A DNA stretch of 64,000 bases from Eshraghiella crossota (GCA_963590075.1 CAVANK010000006.1:1082-65081), one strand, 5' to 3'; shown: positions 8,011 to 17,398, counted from the stretch's first letter. Made by a program: numbers and translations. Notes: generated by a model not told the origin, from the letters alone.

Positions 8011-9780
8011 TCAATCGTGGTTTTCAAACTGCAACTCGTAGAGTTTGTGATAATAGCCCTTGTTTTTGAGCAATTGTTGGTGCGTGCCTCGCTCGATAAT
8101 TCTGCCGTTTTGAAGAACGATGATTTGGTCGGCGTGCTGTATGGTTGAAAGCCTGTGTGCCACCACGAGCATAGTGCCGATATTGCGGATTTTTTCAAGC
8201 GATTGCTGAATTATGACTTCCGTCTCGGTGTCGATATTGGCGGTTGCCTCGTCCAAAATCAAGATTTGGGGCTTGTGCAACACCGTTCGAGAGAAGGACA
8301 ACAACTGACGTTGACCTTGCGAGAAGTTTTCACCTCTCTCAATCACTTCTTCGTCAAGTCCGTGCTCTTGCGAGGATATAAACGTGTCGGCGTTGACGTA
8401 CTTGCACGCCGCGTTTATCTCTTCGTCCGTAAAAGACTCGTCGTTGAGGGTTATATTGCTACGCACCGTTCCGCTGAACAAGAAAACGTCTTGGAGCATT
8501 TGTCCTATGCCCTTACGCAAGGAGTGTATATCTATGGTGCTTATATCTCGTCCGTCTATGAGGATTTGACCTTTTTGTATCTCGTAATTGCGCACGATGA
8601 GGGACAAAATGGTGGTCTTGCCCGCGCCCGTCGCGCCTACGAAAGCGCACGTCTCTTTGGGATTGATGGTGAAGGACACGTCTTTGAGTATCCAATCCTC
8701 GTCCTTGTAGGCAAACCATACGTTTTTGAACTCGATTTTGCCCTCGAATTTATCCACCCAAACGGCGTCCTTTCTGTCTTGTATCTCGGGCTCTACGTCG
8801 AGAAGGTTGAAAAGTCTCTCCGACGCGGTCATTGCCTTTTGCAAGTTGTTGAGTTGGTCGGCAAGGTTTTGTATGGGGTTGAAGAAGCGCGACAAATAGA
8901 GGTAGAACGCAACTATCATACCCGCGTCCAGTCCGAACTCCATACCAAGCCAGAACGTCACCGCAATCGACGTGATATAAAGCAACGTTATGAACGGACG
9001 GTATATGCCGAACGCCAAAACGACTTTGTATCTCGACTTGCGCAAATTCTCGTTCTTTTGCATAAACTCGCCGTCTTTCTTCGCTTCGCGATTGAAGATT
9101 TGAATGAGCTTCATTCCCGACAAGTTCTCGTTGAGGAAGGCGTTGAGGTCGGATATATACTCGCGCTCTTTGGTGAACACCTTTCTGACGATTTTTCTGA
9201 AAAAGTAGGATGTTATAAACACCACGAATATGAAGCCGAGCATAACCAGCGACAATTGCCACGATATGTAAAGCATTATGCCGTACACGCCCACGACCGT
9301 CAAAACGTTGCGTATGACGTTGACGATGACGTTGGTGAACAAGTCGGACATCGACGCCGTATAGGACGCTACGCGCGTTACCAAAGAGCCTACGGGCATT
9401 TCGTCAAACTGATTTTGAGAGAGTTTTTCGATATGCTCGAACACTTCGTTGCGCAAGCGATAGATTATGTTTTGTCCCGCTTTTTGAAGGAGCATCGACT
9501 CCCACACGAGGAAGCCTTGGTTGCATACGCCGATTGCAAGACAGGCAATTGCCAGACCTACGATAAATTGCAAATTTATGCCGTCCGACTTCAAATTGTT
9601 GGTGATACGGCTTACGAAAAGAGGCAATATGATATCGAGCACGACGTTGACTACTATAAGGAGCATTGCACCGATAAATCGCGCAATCTCGGGTTTTAAG
9701 TAGTTGTTTATGCGCTTTAACATCACTTTGGTGGGAATGTGAACGTTGCCTTTGAGTTTTTCGACTTCGTCTGTCATCAC
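8011..9780 (-). CDS. ABC exporter, fused permease/ATPase subunit (heterodimer partner 2)
   Basis: 589 aa. Six-TM exporter domain, Walker A GATGAGKTT, signature FSQGQRQLLSF, Walker B ILILDEAT. Confidence 0.9.
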   Translation of the reverse strand: MMTDEVEKLKGNVHIPTKVMLKRINNYLKPEIARFIGAMLLIVVNVVLDIILPLFVSRITNNLKSDGINLQFIVGLAIACLAIGVCNQGFLVWESMLLQKAGQNIIYRLRNEVFEHIEKLSQNQFDEMPVGSLVTRVASYTASMSDLFTNVIVNVIRNVLTVVGVYGIMLYISWQLSLVMLGFIFVVFITSYFFRKIVRKVFTKEREYISDLNAFLNENLSGMKLIQIFNREAKKDGEFMQKNENLRKSRYKVVLAFGIYRPFITLLYITSIAVTFWLGMEFGLDAGMIVAFYLYLSRFFNPIQNLADQLNNLQKAMTASERLFNLLDVEPEIQDRKDAVWVDKFEGKIEFKNVWFAYKDEDWILKDVSFTINPKETCAFVGATGAGKTTILSLIVRNYEIQKGQILIDGRDISTIDIHSLRKGIGQMLQDVFLFSGTVRSNITLNDESFTDEEINAACKYVNADTFISSQEHGLDEEVIERGENFSQGQRQLLSFSRTVLHKPQILILDEATANIDTETEVIIQQSLEKIRNIGTMLVVAHRLSTIQHADQIIVLQNGRIIERGTHQQLLKNKGYYHKLYELQFENHD

Positions 9781-11567
9781 GCCTCACCCCCTTCTACTTC
9801 TCTTTCGAGCTTTTGCAAATACACCATCTTGTTGTACGTCGGTGAGATTTCTTCAAGTCTTTGCGGAGTGTCGAAAGCCTCCACCTCACCGCCGTTCAAT
9901 ACGAGAATTTTGTCAAGGTGAGACACCGTGGACACGCGCGACGCTATGACTATGGTGGTCTTACCTTTGCGTTGATTTTGGATATTGGCAAGTATGGTCT
10001 CTTCCGTCTTGACGTCAACCGCAGACACCGAGTCGTCCAAAATCATTATGGGCGCGTCCTTTATGTATGCGCGCGCAATGGATATACGTTGCTTTTGTCC
10101 GCCCGAAAGAGTAACGCCTCTCTCACCCGATACCGTGTCGTATCCTTCCGTAAAATCTTGTATGTTGGAGTGTACGTCGGCAAATTTTGCCGCCTCGTAT
10201 ACCTTGTCCATATCAAGCGTTTCGCAAGAGAACGCTATGTTATTTTTGACCTTGTCGCTGAAAAGGAAATTGTCTTGCGGTACATATCCGATTGCGTTTC
10301 TAAGGCTCTCGATATCGCAATCCATAATGTCGTGACCGTCTATAAATACTTTACCTTTGTCTATGTTGTAAAGGCGCAAAAGCGTGTTTACGAGCGTCGT
10401 TTTTCCGCTTCCTATCTTGCCAACGACGCCGATACTTTCTCCCGCTTCGATATCAAAGGTGATATTTTTGAGCACATCCGCGTCCGTATTGGGATAAGCA
10501 AATGAAAAGTCGTTGAAAGTAACATTTCCTTTGACGTCTTGAAGCACGTAGGCGTTGTCGGGGCTGTGTATCTCTTCTTCTTGGTCAAGGAAGTTGGTAA
10601 TACGCTTTAAGGACGCTTTGGAGCGCGAACGCATAGACACCACTTGTCCGAGCGCAATCATCGGCCATACGAGAGTGTCGAAATAGCCTACGAACGTGAT
10701 AAGTCCGCCCGCGCTCATATCCACCGTATGCCCGAATATGACGACCGGCGCGCCGATTGAGAATTTGTACACGAAATATCCGCCAAGCCCCAAAATAAGC
10801 GCCATAATGGCTGAAATGATGACCGAGATGATTGCGTCGAATATGACGGACACTTTGACGAGCTCGATATTGGCGTCTTTGTTGCGTTTTGCGATTTTTG
10901 CAAAGGCGTGAAGTTGTTGCGTTTCCTTGACGAAAGCCTTGATAACGCGTATGCCCGTAAAACTCTCTTGCGAGAAGTCGTAAAGCTTGTCAAACTCCGT
11001 TTGGCGTTGCTCCCATTTGAGTGCCATAAACTTTTCGACGAGCATACCCCACACAACTATGAGGATAAGCGGAAGCAAAAGTATGCACGAAAGCACCCAG
11101 TCGAGCGCAAACATCTTGTAAAGCGCAAGCACCGAAAGGAACATTGCGTCGACGAGCATAACCGAGCCCCAACCGAAAAATTCTTCAATCGTTTCGAGGT
11201 CGGTGGTGAACCACGCCATAACCGCGCCCACTTTGTTCTCGTGATAATAGCGTTGAGAAAGTCTCTCGGCTTTGAGGAACATATTGTGGCGCAAGTCAGC
11301 CTCTATGCGTTGAGAGGCATTGAATATGGATAGTCTCCACATAATGCGTCCGAAAAACATAACGAGCGCAACGACGATTACGCCGAGAATTATCTCTTTG
11401 AGCGCCGCTTTGTCTATCGCACTGCCGTCAAACATATCTACGAGTTTGCCGAGATATTCTGGTATGAAAAGTTGGAACACGTCAACGGCGACGAGTCCTA
11501 CAATCCCGATCAAAAACAGCCAACTGTATTTGAGGTAGTATTTGTTTATATATTTTCCGAACAGCAT
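9777..11567 (-). CDS. ABC exporter, fused permease/ATPase subunit (heterodimer partner 1)
   Basis: 596 aa. Walker A GKIGSGKTT, signature LSGGQKQRISIARA, Walker B IMILDDS. 4-nt overlap with the downstream partner. Confidence 0.9.
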   Translation of the reverse strand: MLFGKYINKYYLKYSWLFLIGIVGLVAVDVFQLFIPEYLGKLVDMFDGSAIDKAALKEIILGVIVVALVMFFGRIMWRLSIFNASQRIEADLRHNMFLKAERLSQRYYHENKVGAVMAWFTTDLETIEEFFGWGSVMLVDAMFLSVLALYKMFALDWVLSCILLLPLILIVVWGMLVEKFMALKWEQRQTEFDKLYDFSQESFTGIRVIKAFVKETQQLHAFAKIAKRNKDANIELVKVSVIFDAIISVIISAIMALILGLGGYFVYKFSIGAPVVIFGHTVDMSAGGLITFVGYFDTLVWPMIALGQVVSMRSRSKASLKRITNFLDQEEEIHSPDNAYVLQDVKGNVTFNDFSFAYPNTDADVLKNITFDIEAGESIGVVGKIGSGKTTLVNTLLRLYNIDKGKVFIDGHDIMDCDIESLRNAIGYVPQDNFLFSDKVKNNIAFSCETLDMDKVYEAAKFADVHSNIQDFTEGYDTVSGERGVTLSGGQKQRISIARAYIKDAPIMILDDSVSAVDVKTEETILANIQNQRKGKTTIVIASRVSTVSHLDKILVLNGGEVEAFDTPQRLEEISPTYNKMVYLQKLEREVEGGEA

Positions 11568-11605
11568 AAAAGGCAGTATCCTTTATTTTTCGTTTTTTGA
11601 GTGCG

Positions 11606-11658
11606 AAAAACCCCGTATGCCGAAAGTGCACCTATTACACCCGAGGCAGACAGGGTTT
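11606..11658 (-). terminator. Long hairpin between the adh and ABC exporter genes (terminator or attenuator)
   Basis: Minus strand AAACCCTGTCTGCC...GGCATACGGGGTTT, a stem of about 14 bp with a 23-nt loop, flanked by A and T runs. Only about 38 nt remain before the ABC start codon. Confidence 0.4.
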
Positions 11659-11707
11659 GACTTTATGCGTAAGAATTGCGATTGCCCGCAAGGGGCAACC
11701 TCAAAAA

Positions 11708-12937
11708 TTACATAATTTCGCGGTAAATCTTCTCGATTTCCTTCTTGCCCCAAACTTGCGGGCACGGATAAAGCGGATTTGCCTCTGCGTATGCGTGATT
11801 GATCATACGCGGCAAACGCTCCTCTTCGATGAGTTTTCCGCCGTCGCGAGACATAATCTTGGTGGGAATGTTCATCGCGGCGTTCATATCGTCAATCCAT
11901 TGAATGAAGTTGTTTGCTTTTTCTGCGTTGTTTGCGCCCTTGATGCCGATGCAGTCTGCAAGTTGAGCGAGTTTCTTGTGAGCGGACTTGCCGTATGCTC
12001 TCAAAACGTGCGGCAAAATGACTGCGTTTGCAAGACCGTGAGGCACACCGTACTCACCGCCGAGCGTGTGAGCGACTGCGTGTACGTATCCGACGTATGC
12101 GCGAGTGAACGCTTTACCCGCAAGATAAGCTGCCTTTTGCATTTCGACACGTGCTTCGAGATCGTCACCGTGATCGTAGGCTTGTTTGAGGTATTTGTGG
12201 ATAAGTTGCACTGCCTCGATTGCCTCTCTCTTGGTTTGTCTGGTGTTCTCTCCGCCGATGTACGCCTCTACCGCGTGAGTGAGTGCGTCCATACCAGTGG
12301 TTGAAGTGAGGTGCGGAGGAAGGGACTTGGTGAGTTCCGGATCCATAACGACGTATCTCGGAATAAGGAACGGATCGTTGATGGGGTATTTCTCGTGCGT
12401 TTCGGGGTTGGAAATGACTGCGGCAAGCGTCGCTTCACTGCCCGTACCGGACGTGGTAGGAATTGCAACGAGCGGAGGAAGTTTGTGTCCGGTAATCATA
12501 ATTTTGAGCACGCCCTTCATTTGAGGAACGCTCTTCTTGGGGCAAGCAACTCTTGCGCCGATACCCTTTGCGCAGTCCATTGCACTGCCACCGCCGAGTG
12601 CTACGATAACGTCACAATCGTTCTCCTTGTACATTTTGAGACCGTCTTCGATGTTTTGAATGGTCGGATTGGGAACGACGTCGTGATAGCAGCAGCTCTT
12701 CATACCTTGCTCTTGGCAAGCTTTCATAATAGGATCGGCTTTGCCGTTTGAAAACAAGAAACCATCGGTGACGATAAGTACGCTCTTGAAGCCTTGATCT
12801 TTAAGGAATTTGGGAAGTTCGGAAATGCTTCCCGGGCCCGAAAGCGTCTTTTTGCATTGATTCCAAGGAAGGAAAAACATTGCAACGCGCATAGTTTGTT
12901 GGAAAATGCGGCAACCGATTTTTGTAAATACGTTCAT
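11708..12937 (-). CDS. Iron-containing alcohol dehydrogenase
   Basis: 409 aa. GGGSAMDCAK and the His cluster HAVAHTLGGEYGVPHGLANA, typical of the Fe-ADH family. Confidence 0.9.
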   Translation of the reverse strand: MNVFTKIGCRIFQQTMRVAMFFLPWNQCKKTLSGPGSISELPKFLKDQGFKSVLIVTDGFLFSNGKADPIMKACQEQGMKSCCYHDVVPNPTIQNIEDGLKMYKENDCDVIVALGGGSAMDCAKGIGARVACPKKSVPQMKGVLKIMITGHKLPPLVAIPTTSGTGSEATLAAVISNPETHEKYPINDPFLIPRYVVMDPELTKSLPPHLTSTTGMDALTHAVEAYIGGENTRQTKREAIEAVQLIHKYLKQAYDHGDDLEARVEMQKAAYLAGKAFTRAYVGYVHAVAHTLGGEYGVPHGLANAVILPHVLRAYGKSAHKKLAQLADCIGIKGANNAEKANNFIQWIDDMNAAMNIPTKIMSRDGGKLIEEERLPRMINHAYAEANPLYPCPQVWGKKEIEKIYREIM

Positions 12938-12980
12938 ATTTCCTCCAAATACGGAAAAATCCGTGAGTTTTTATGGATAT

Positions 12981-13009
12981 ATTCTAACACCAAACCACTG
13001 ACTTGGCAA
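12981..13009 (-). promoter_or_regulatory. Candidate adh promoter
   Basis: Minus strand TTGCCA-N17-TAGAAT with TGT upstream of the -10. Confidence 0.5.
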
Positions 13010-13126
13010 ATACTAATATATATTTTTTAATACAAAAGTATGAGAGAATTGAAGATAAGAAAATCCACCGTCCGCGAAAATATTGAGCGGACTAAAAAAT
13101 AGTTTTTATGTTTTAATGTAAAACCA

Positions 13127-13172
13127 CGATTTTTAGATGAAAAGCAAGGAAAAGTTGTTCGCTAAATAGCGC
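13127..13172 (-). repeat. Internally deleted copy (E) of the structured repeat family
   Basis: Retains the outer arms CGATTTTTAG / CTAAATAGCG and the TAGATGAAAAGCAAGGAAA motif seen in copy D (17708..17820). The central stems are missing. Confidence 0.5.
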
Positions 13173-13184
13173 GCTTTGTAAAAA

Positions 13185-13300
13185 CTGCGATAAACAGATG
13201 AAGAACGCGAAAGCACCCCGAGGGGCGCAAACCCAACGTACTTTCGTACGTGATTTGCACAACTCGGGGTGCTGACAAAGTTATTCGCTGTTTAGCGCAG
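13185..13300 (-). repeat. Structured repeat copy A (type 1), 3 nt after the gap stop codon
   Basis: Nested inverted repeats CTGCGATAAACAG/CTGTTTAGCGCAG, GCACCCCGAG/CTCGGGGTGC, GCAAA/TTTGC, ACGTAC/GTACGT. The minus-strand apical loop is GAAA. A T5 run follows on the minus strand. Strand assignment is inferred. Confidence 0.7.
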
Positions 13301-13303
13301 TTT

Positions 13304-14356
13304 TTATTTGAGTTCGGAGAAGTACTTGATTGTACGTACCATTTGAGAAGTGTAGCTGTTCTCGTTGTCGTACCAAGCAACCACTTGAACTTGGGTGTTG
13401 CCGTCTTCCATAGGAGCAACCATAGTTTGAGTTGCGTCGAAGATAGAACCGAAACGGCTGCCGATGATATCGGAAGAAACGATTTGGTCGGTGTTGTAAC
13501 CGAAGGACTCGGTTGCCGCGGCTTTCATCGCTGCGTTGATGCCTTCAATGGTTGCTTGACCTTTGACGACTGCGACGAGGATCGTGGTAGAACCGGTCGG
13601 AGTGGGAACGCGTTGTGCAGAACCGATGAGTTTGCCGTTGAGTTCGGGGATAACGAGACCGATTGCTTTTGCAGCGCCAGTGCTGTTGGGGACGATGTTG
13701 ATTGCAGCCGCGCGAGAACGACGGAGATCGCCCTTTCTTTGCGGTCCGTCAAGAGGCATTTGGTCGCCCGTGTATGCGTGAACCGTGGTCATAATACCGC
13801 TCATAATAGGTGCATAATCGTTGAGAGCCTTTGCCATAGGAGCGAGGCAGTTGGTGGTGCAGCTTGCTGCGGAGATGATGTTGTCCGTTGCTTTGAGCGT
13901 GGTGTGGTTTACGTTGTAAACGATTGTGGGAAGGTCATTGCCTGCGGGTGCGGAGATGACAACTTTGCGTGCGCCTGCATCGATGTGTGCTTGTGCTTTT
14001 GCTTTTGAGGTGTAGAAGCCCGTGCATTCCAAAACTACGTCAACGCCGAGTTCTCCCCAAGGAAGTTCCGCTGCTTTTGCTTTTGCGTAGATAGTGATCT
14101 TTTTGCCGTCGACGACGATGTAACCGTCTTCTTTGATAGTGCCGTCCTCGTTGAGAACTGCTTCACAACTCTCAACCGTGTGAGAATTTGCATAGTTGCC
14201 TTGCGTCGAATCGTACTTCAAGAGATGAGCAAGCATTTTGGGGCTTGTCAAATCGTTGATAGCGACGATTTCATAACCGTCTGCACCAAACATTTGTCTG
14301 AAAGCGAGACGACCGATACGACCAAAACCGTTGATAGCGACTTTTACGTTTGCCAT
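13304..14356 (-). CDS. gap: Glyceraldehyde-3-phosphate dehydrogenase, type I
   Basis: [12 protein letters not shown] motif, catalytic [20 protein letters not shown] before ATG 14356. The track ORF extends to 14386. Confidence 0.95.
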   Translation of the reverse strand: MANVKVAINGFGRIGRLAFRQMFGADGYEIVAINDLTSPKMLAHLLKYDSTQGNYANSHTVESCEAVLNEDGTIKEDGYIVVDGKKITIYAKAKAAELPWGELGVDVVLECTGFYTSKAKAQAHIDAGARKVVISAPAGNDLPTIVYNVNHTTLKATDNIISAASCTTNCLAPMAKALNDYAPIMSGIMTTVHAYTGDQMPLDGPQRKGDLRRSRAAAINIVPNSTGAAKAIGLVIPELNGKLIGSAQRVPTPTGSTTILVAVVKGQATIEGINAAMKAAATESFGYNTDQIVSSDIIGSRFGSIFDATQTMVAPMEDGNTQVQVVAWYDNENSYTSQMVRTIKYFSELK

Positions 14357-14414
14357 TATAAATTCCTCCATAAAGGTGTATTCCAAAAATTAGTCGGATT
14401 ATCCAACCGCAATT

Positions 14415-14443
14415 ATTTTACAATTATTATGCAAAATATGCAA
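14415..14443 (-). promoter_or_regulatory. Candidate gap promoter
   Basis: Minus strand TTGCAT-N17-TAAAAT. Confidence 0.5.
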
Positions 14444-14516
14444 GTATTATTAGAGGAAATTTTTATCGAATAATGCAACGAGCACAAAAGCGCGCGGTAT
14501 AACGCAACTATTCGTC

Positions 14517-14550
14517 CAAAAAGAAAGACACGCAAAACTGCGTGTCTTTC
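14517..14550 (-). terminator. Intrinsic terminator after the Cys-repeat/LRR lipoprotein gene
   Basis: Minus strand GAAAGACACGC-AGTTTT-GCGTGTCTTTC followed by TTTTT. Confidence 0.75.
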
Positions 14551-14572
14551 GTAAAATCGCGATGATTTTCGG

Positions 14573-16987
14573 TTAATTGTTAAATAGTACTTCTACGTTG
14601 CGCGGATTCCAATCTGAGCCTTTATAGACTGCTTCCCATTGTTCCTTCGTGCCGAGGAAAACGATACTCGTCAAACCTTCGCAATCGTAGAAAGCGTAAT
14701 CTCCTATAGTTGTTACACTATCTGAAATAGTGATATTTTTAAGTCCACCACAACCATAGAATGCCGATCTTTCTATACTTACCACGCTATTGGGAATCAA
14801 AATCTCTGTCAAACTTTCACAAAAAGCAAATGCAGAATCCCCAATGCTTGTCACGCCGTATGGAATTGTGATGCTTTTCAAGCCTTTACATTTATAGAAT
14901 GTTGAAGCGTCGATATATGTCACACCATTTGGAATTTTTACACTCGTCAAACGGCTACACATTGAAAATGCGCCGCCACCCAAAATCGTAACGCTGTCCG
15001 GAATATATATGTATGTCAAATTTACACAAGATTCGAATGCGCTCTGACCTATCTGTTTTACACCTTGTGGCAAAATCACAACTTTTACACTGTCTCTATT
15101 GTAAACCCCATTAATTATTTCTATAGGTTTGCCCTTATATAATGAAGGCAAAAACACGATTCCGTCCGAATTTGTTTTCAAATCGGTTGCGATATAGTAA
15201 CTTCCGTCTCTTGACAACGTATAGGTTGCGGTTGTATATTCAATCCCGCAATTGTCGCATCCGTTATCACCATAAACGTGGGGATGGGATTCCACGACTC
15301 CACACCTTGCGCAAGCTATGTCGTAGAAACACGTATCTTCACCGAAATTGTGACCGAGAGCGTCCGCTTCACCTGGGAAGGAAACGTTGCATCTGTTGCA
15401 AACTTTATAACCTACGCCCTTTTGAGTGCAAGTAGGCTCGGTATCGAAATGCCACTCTCCGAGGTCGTGACCGAGAGCGTCGACTATTCTGTCTTCCGCG
15501 CGATTGCACACTGCGCAAACGCGTCTTTCTCTACCCTCTTCCAAGCAAGTTGCAGCAACGCGCACCGTCCACTCACCGTAGTCGTGTCCGACGGGGTCTG
15601 TGTAAGTGGTTTCGACGTATCCGCACTTGTCGCAAGTCTTTTGAGAATATCCCTTTCTTGCGCAATCGGGGTCTTCGATAAGCATTTCCTCACCGTAAAC
15701 GTGTCCTTTTATCGGCGCTTCGTAGTCGCATCTGGAACATTTTGCGGCAGTCGTACAAGTTCCGCCTTGCAAATCGTGTCCAAGGCTGTATATCGTGCCG
15801 TTGGTCGTTTGTCCGCAATTATCGCAAACTTGGCGTTTTACACCGTTTTCAGTGCAAGTTGCGGGCGTTACGACCTTCCACTCTCCCGTATGGCTTTTCT
15901 TTGATATAGTATAGGTGTCTCTTCTTCCGCACTCTTCACAAGTTCTTGCTTGCAAGCCTGTAGAAGTGCAAGTCGCTTCCGTCTCCGTCTCCCATTCGGA
16001 ATAACGATGCGAGCCGTAAATAGTTCTCGTTTGTTTTGCGTTGCAAACGTCGCAATACATAACTTCGAGACCGTTTGACGTGCACGTGGCGGCGGTTTGG
16101 ACGCTCCAAGTGCCCTTATGTCCCGTTGCGGAAATAGTTTTCGTTTCGTGGTTTCCGCAAACCGTGCAATCGCGATACGCAGAGCCTGCTTGCGTGCAAG
16201 TGGGTTCTTGCGACGTAACCCAATTGCCAGTATGAGCAGTTTTGGACGTAGTTCTCTCTTGCGTTTTTCCGCAAACGAGGCAACGTCTTGACTCTCTTCC
16301 CGCTTGCGTGCAAGTTGCTTCTTCACCGGCAGCCGACGCCCATTCGCTGAACACGTGTCCCGTGCCCGTGCCCTCGACGTAGTGGCACTTGGAGCATTTT
16401 CTGCCCTCTTCGCAAGTGGCTTCTTTCAAATCGTGATGACCGATTGCGGGCAATTCTTCCGTTTCGACGGTGTCGCAAACGGTGCATATACGCTGTCTTT
16501 CACCTTTGTCGAAACAACGAGGTTCGGCGGTTATATACCAATTGCCCTTGTGAGACGCGGGTATAGGATAAGTTTGAGCGTCACCGCATCTTCTGCAAGT
16601 TTTGGTAAGCACACCGTTTTCGGTGCAAGTTGCCTCGGCGGTGACTACGCCGTCGTTGTAATCGTGCCCGAGTGCCTCTCCGTATTCCTTCGAGCATACT
16701 TGGCATACCGCGGGCTTCAAACAAGTCGCTTGTCCTCCGTGATGCCCCGACGCAGTGCCGAAAACGTACTCTTCACCCAGCGTTCCGCATATCGAACAAT
16801 GTTTATAATACACGGCAGGTTCTTCGCAAGTCGCTGCCGATTTGAGATACTGCCCCGCTTGCCCTTCAATAAATTCGTGTTGATGCTCCCAATTATCCGT
16901 TTGCCCCGGCTTTTCACCGCAAGCAACGAATATAGTTGCCACAAGCATAATCAAAACGAATATAAGCAATATTCTTGCCTTCTTCAT
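14573..16987 (-). CDS. Surface lipoprotein: 16 tandem His/Cys-rich C...CxxC units followed by BspA-type leucine-rich repeats (target of cassette 4)
   Basis: Lipobox FVAC. Units of the form GH-x(n)-TC-x(5-9)-C-x2-C (CSIC, CQVC, CRRC ... CDNC). C-terminal repeats of the form ITIPxSVTSIGxxAFxxCxxL. GGAGGGG RBS before ATG 16987. Confidence 0.8.
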   Translation of the reverse strand: MKKARILLIFVLIMLVATIFVACGEKPGQTDNWEHQHEFIEGQAGQYLKSAATCEEPAVYYKHCSICGTLGEEYVFGTASGHHGGQATCLKPAVCQVCSKEYGEALGHDYNDGVVTAEATCTENGVLTKTCRRCGDAQTYPIPASHKGNWYITAEPRCFDKGERQRICTVCDTVETEELPAIGHHDLKEATCEEGRKCSKCHYVEGTGTGHVFSEWASAAGEEATCTQAGRESRRCLVCGKTQERTTSKTAHTGNWVTSQEPTCTQAGSAYRDCTVCGNHETKTISATGHKGTWSVQTAATCTSNGLEVMYCDVCNAKQTRTIYGSHRYSEWETETEATCTSTGLQARTCEECGRRDTYTISKKSHTGEWKVVTPATCTENGVKRQVCDNCGQTTNGTIYSLGHDLQGGTCTTAAKCSRCDYEAPIKGHVYGEEMLIEDPDCARKGYSQKTCDKCGYVETTYTDPVGHDYGEWTVRVAATCLEEGRERRVCAVCNRAEDRIVDALGHDLGEWHFDTEPTCTQKGVGYKVCNRCNVSFPGEADALGHNFGEDTCFYDIACARCGVVESHPHVYGDNGCDNCGIEYTTATYTLSRDGSYYIATDLKTNSDGIVFLPSLYKGKPIEIINGVYNRDSVKVVILPQGVKQIGQSAFESCVNLTYIYIPDSVTILGGGAFSMCSRLTSVKIPNGVTYIDASTFYKCKGLKSITIPYGVTSIGDSAFAFCESLTEILIPNSVVSIERSAFYGCGGLKNITISDSVTTIGDYAFYDCEGLTSIVFLGTKEQWEAVYKGSDWNPRNVEVLFNN

Positions 16988-17026
16988 ATTTGCCCCTCCT
17001 ACATACCTTAAACGTTTATACACTCC

Positions 17027-17081
17027 ACTGGCAAATTGCCAGTAACTCTATAATTATACTGGCAAAATGTCATAATGTCAA
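17027..17081 (-). promoter_or_regulatory. Cassette 4 control region: consensus minus-strand promoter TTGACA-N17-TATAAT with operator-like dyads
   Basis: -35 at 17081..17076, -10 at 17058..17053. Perfect dyad ACTGGCAA-A-TTGCCAGT at 17027..17043, just downstream of the -10. A 13/17 copy lies at 17058..17074 in the spacer. Confidence 0.65.
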
Positions 17082-17317
17082 TTATGAAAGCAGATACAAA
17101 CGTACAAACTGTAAAATTTTTGCGTGTTAGAATTGCGGAATTGCGAAAGGAAAAAGGATTGTCGCAAGCCACGCTTGCAAAAGCGTTGGGAGTCGATTGT
17201 TCGACCATAGCGAAGTACGAAACGGGGGACAGACTTCCCGACGTGGTAATGCTTTGCAAATTGGCAGACTTTTTTGAAGTAAGCACGGACTATTTGCTTG
17301 GCCGTGCGCCATTTTAG
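17075..17317 (+). CDS. XRE-family HTH transcriptional regulator (cassette 4)
   Basis: LSQATLAKALGVDCSTIAKYETG HTH and a DYLLGR tail. The in-frame ATG at 17084 is equally plausible: CATAAT at 17071..17076 lies 7 nt upstream and there is no SD. Confidence 0.8.
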   Translation: MSIMKADTNVQTVKFLRVRIAELRKEKGLSQATLAKALGVDCSTIAKYETGDRLPDVVMLCKLADFFEVSTDYLLGRAPF

Positions 17318-17361
17318 CGTGTTTTTTGAATTGGTAATTGCCGTTATTTGCAAGTTTAGAT

Positions 17362-17398
17362 AAAAAAGGTGTTTTTGAAAATCAAAAACGCCTTTTTT
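17362..17398. terminator. Bidirectional intrinsic terminator (XRE gene 4 on plus, fba 3' region on minus)
   Basis: A6 - GGTGTTTTTGA-AAA-TCAAAAACGCC - T6. Confidence 0.7.

Noticed and set aside
8155-9699. 514-aa plus-strand ORF
   Set aside because: Antisense to the ABC exporter gene, which has Walker A/B and signature motifs. The composition is R/V/L/H-rich, with no start context.
13194-13222. Hammerhead-like words (CAGATGAAG ... CGAAAG) in the structured repeats
   Set aside because: The core would need CUGANGA, but all copies have A at the U4 position (CAGAUGA). The helices around it do not give the three-way junction. I could not fit twister, pistol or hatchet cores either.
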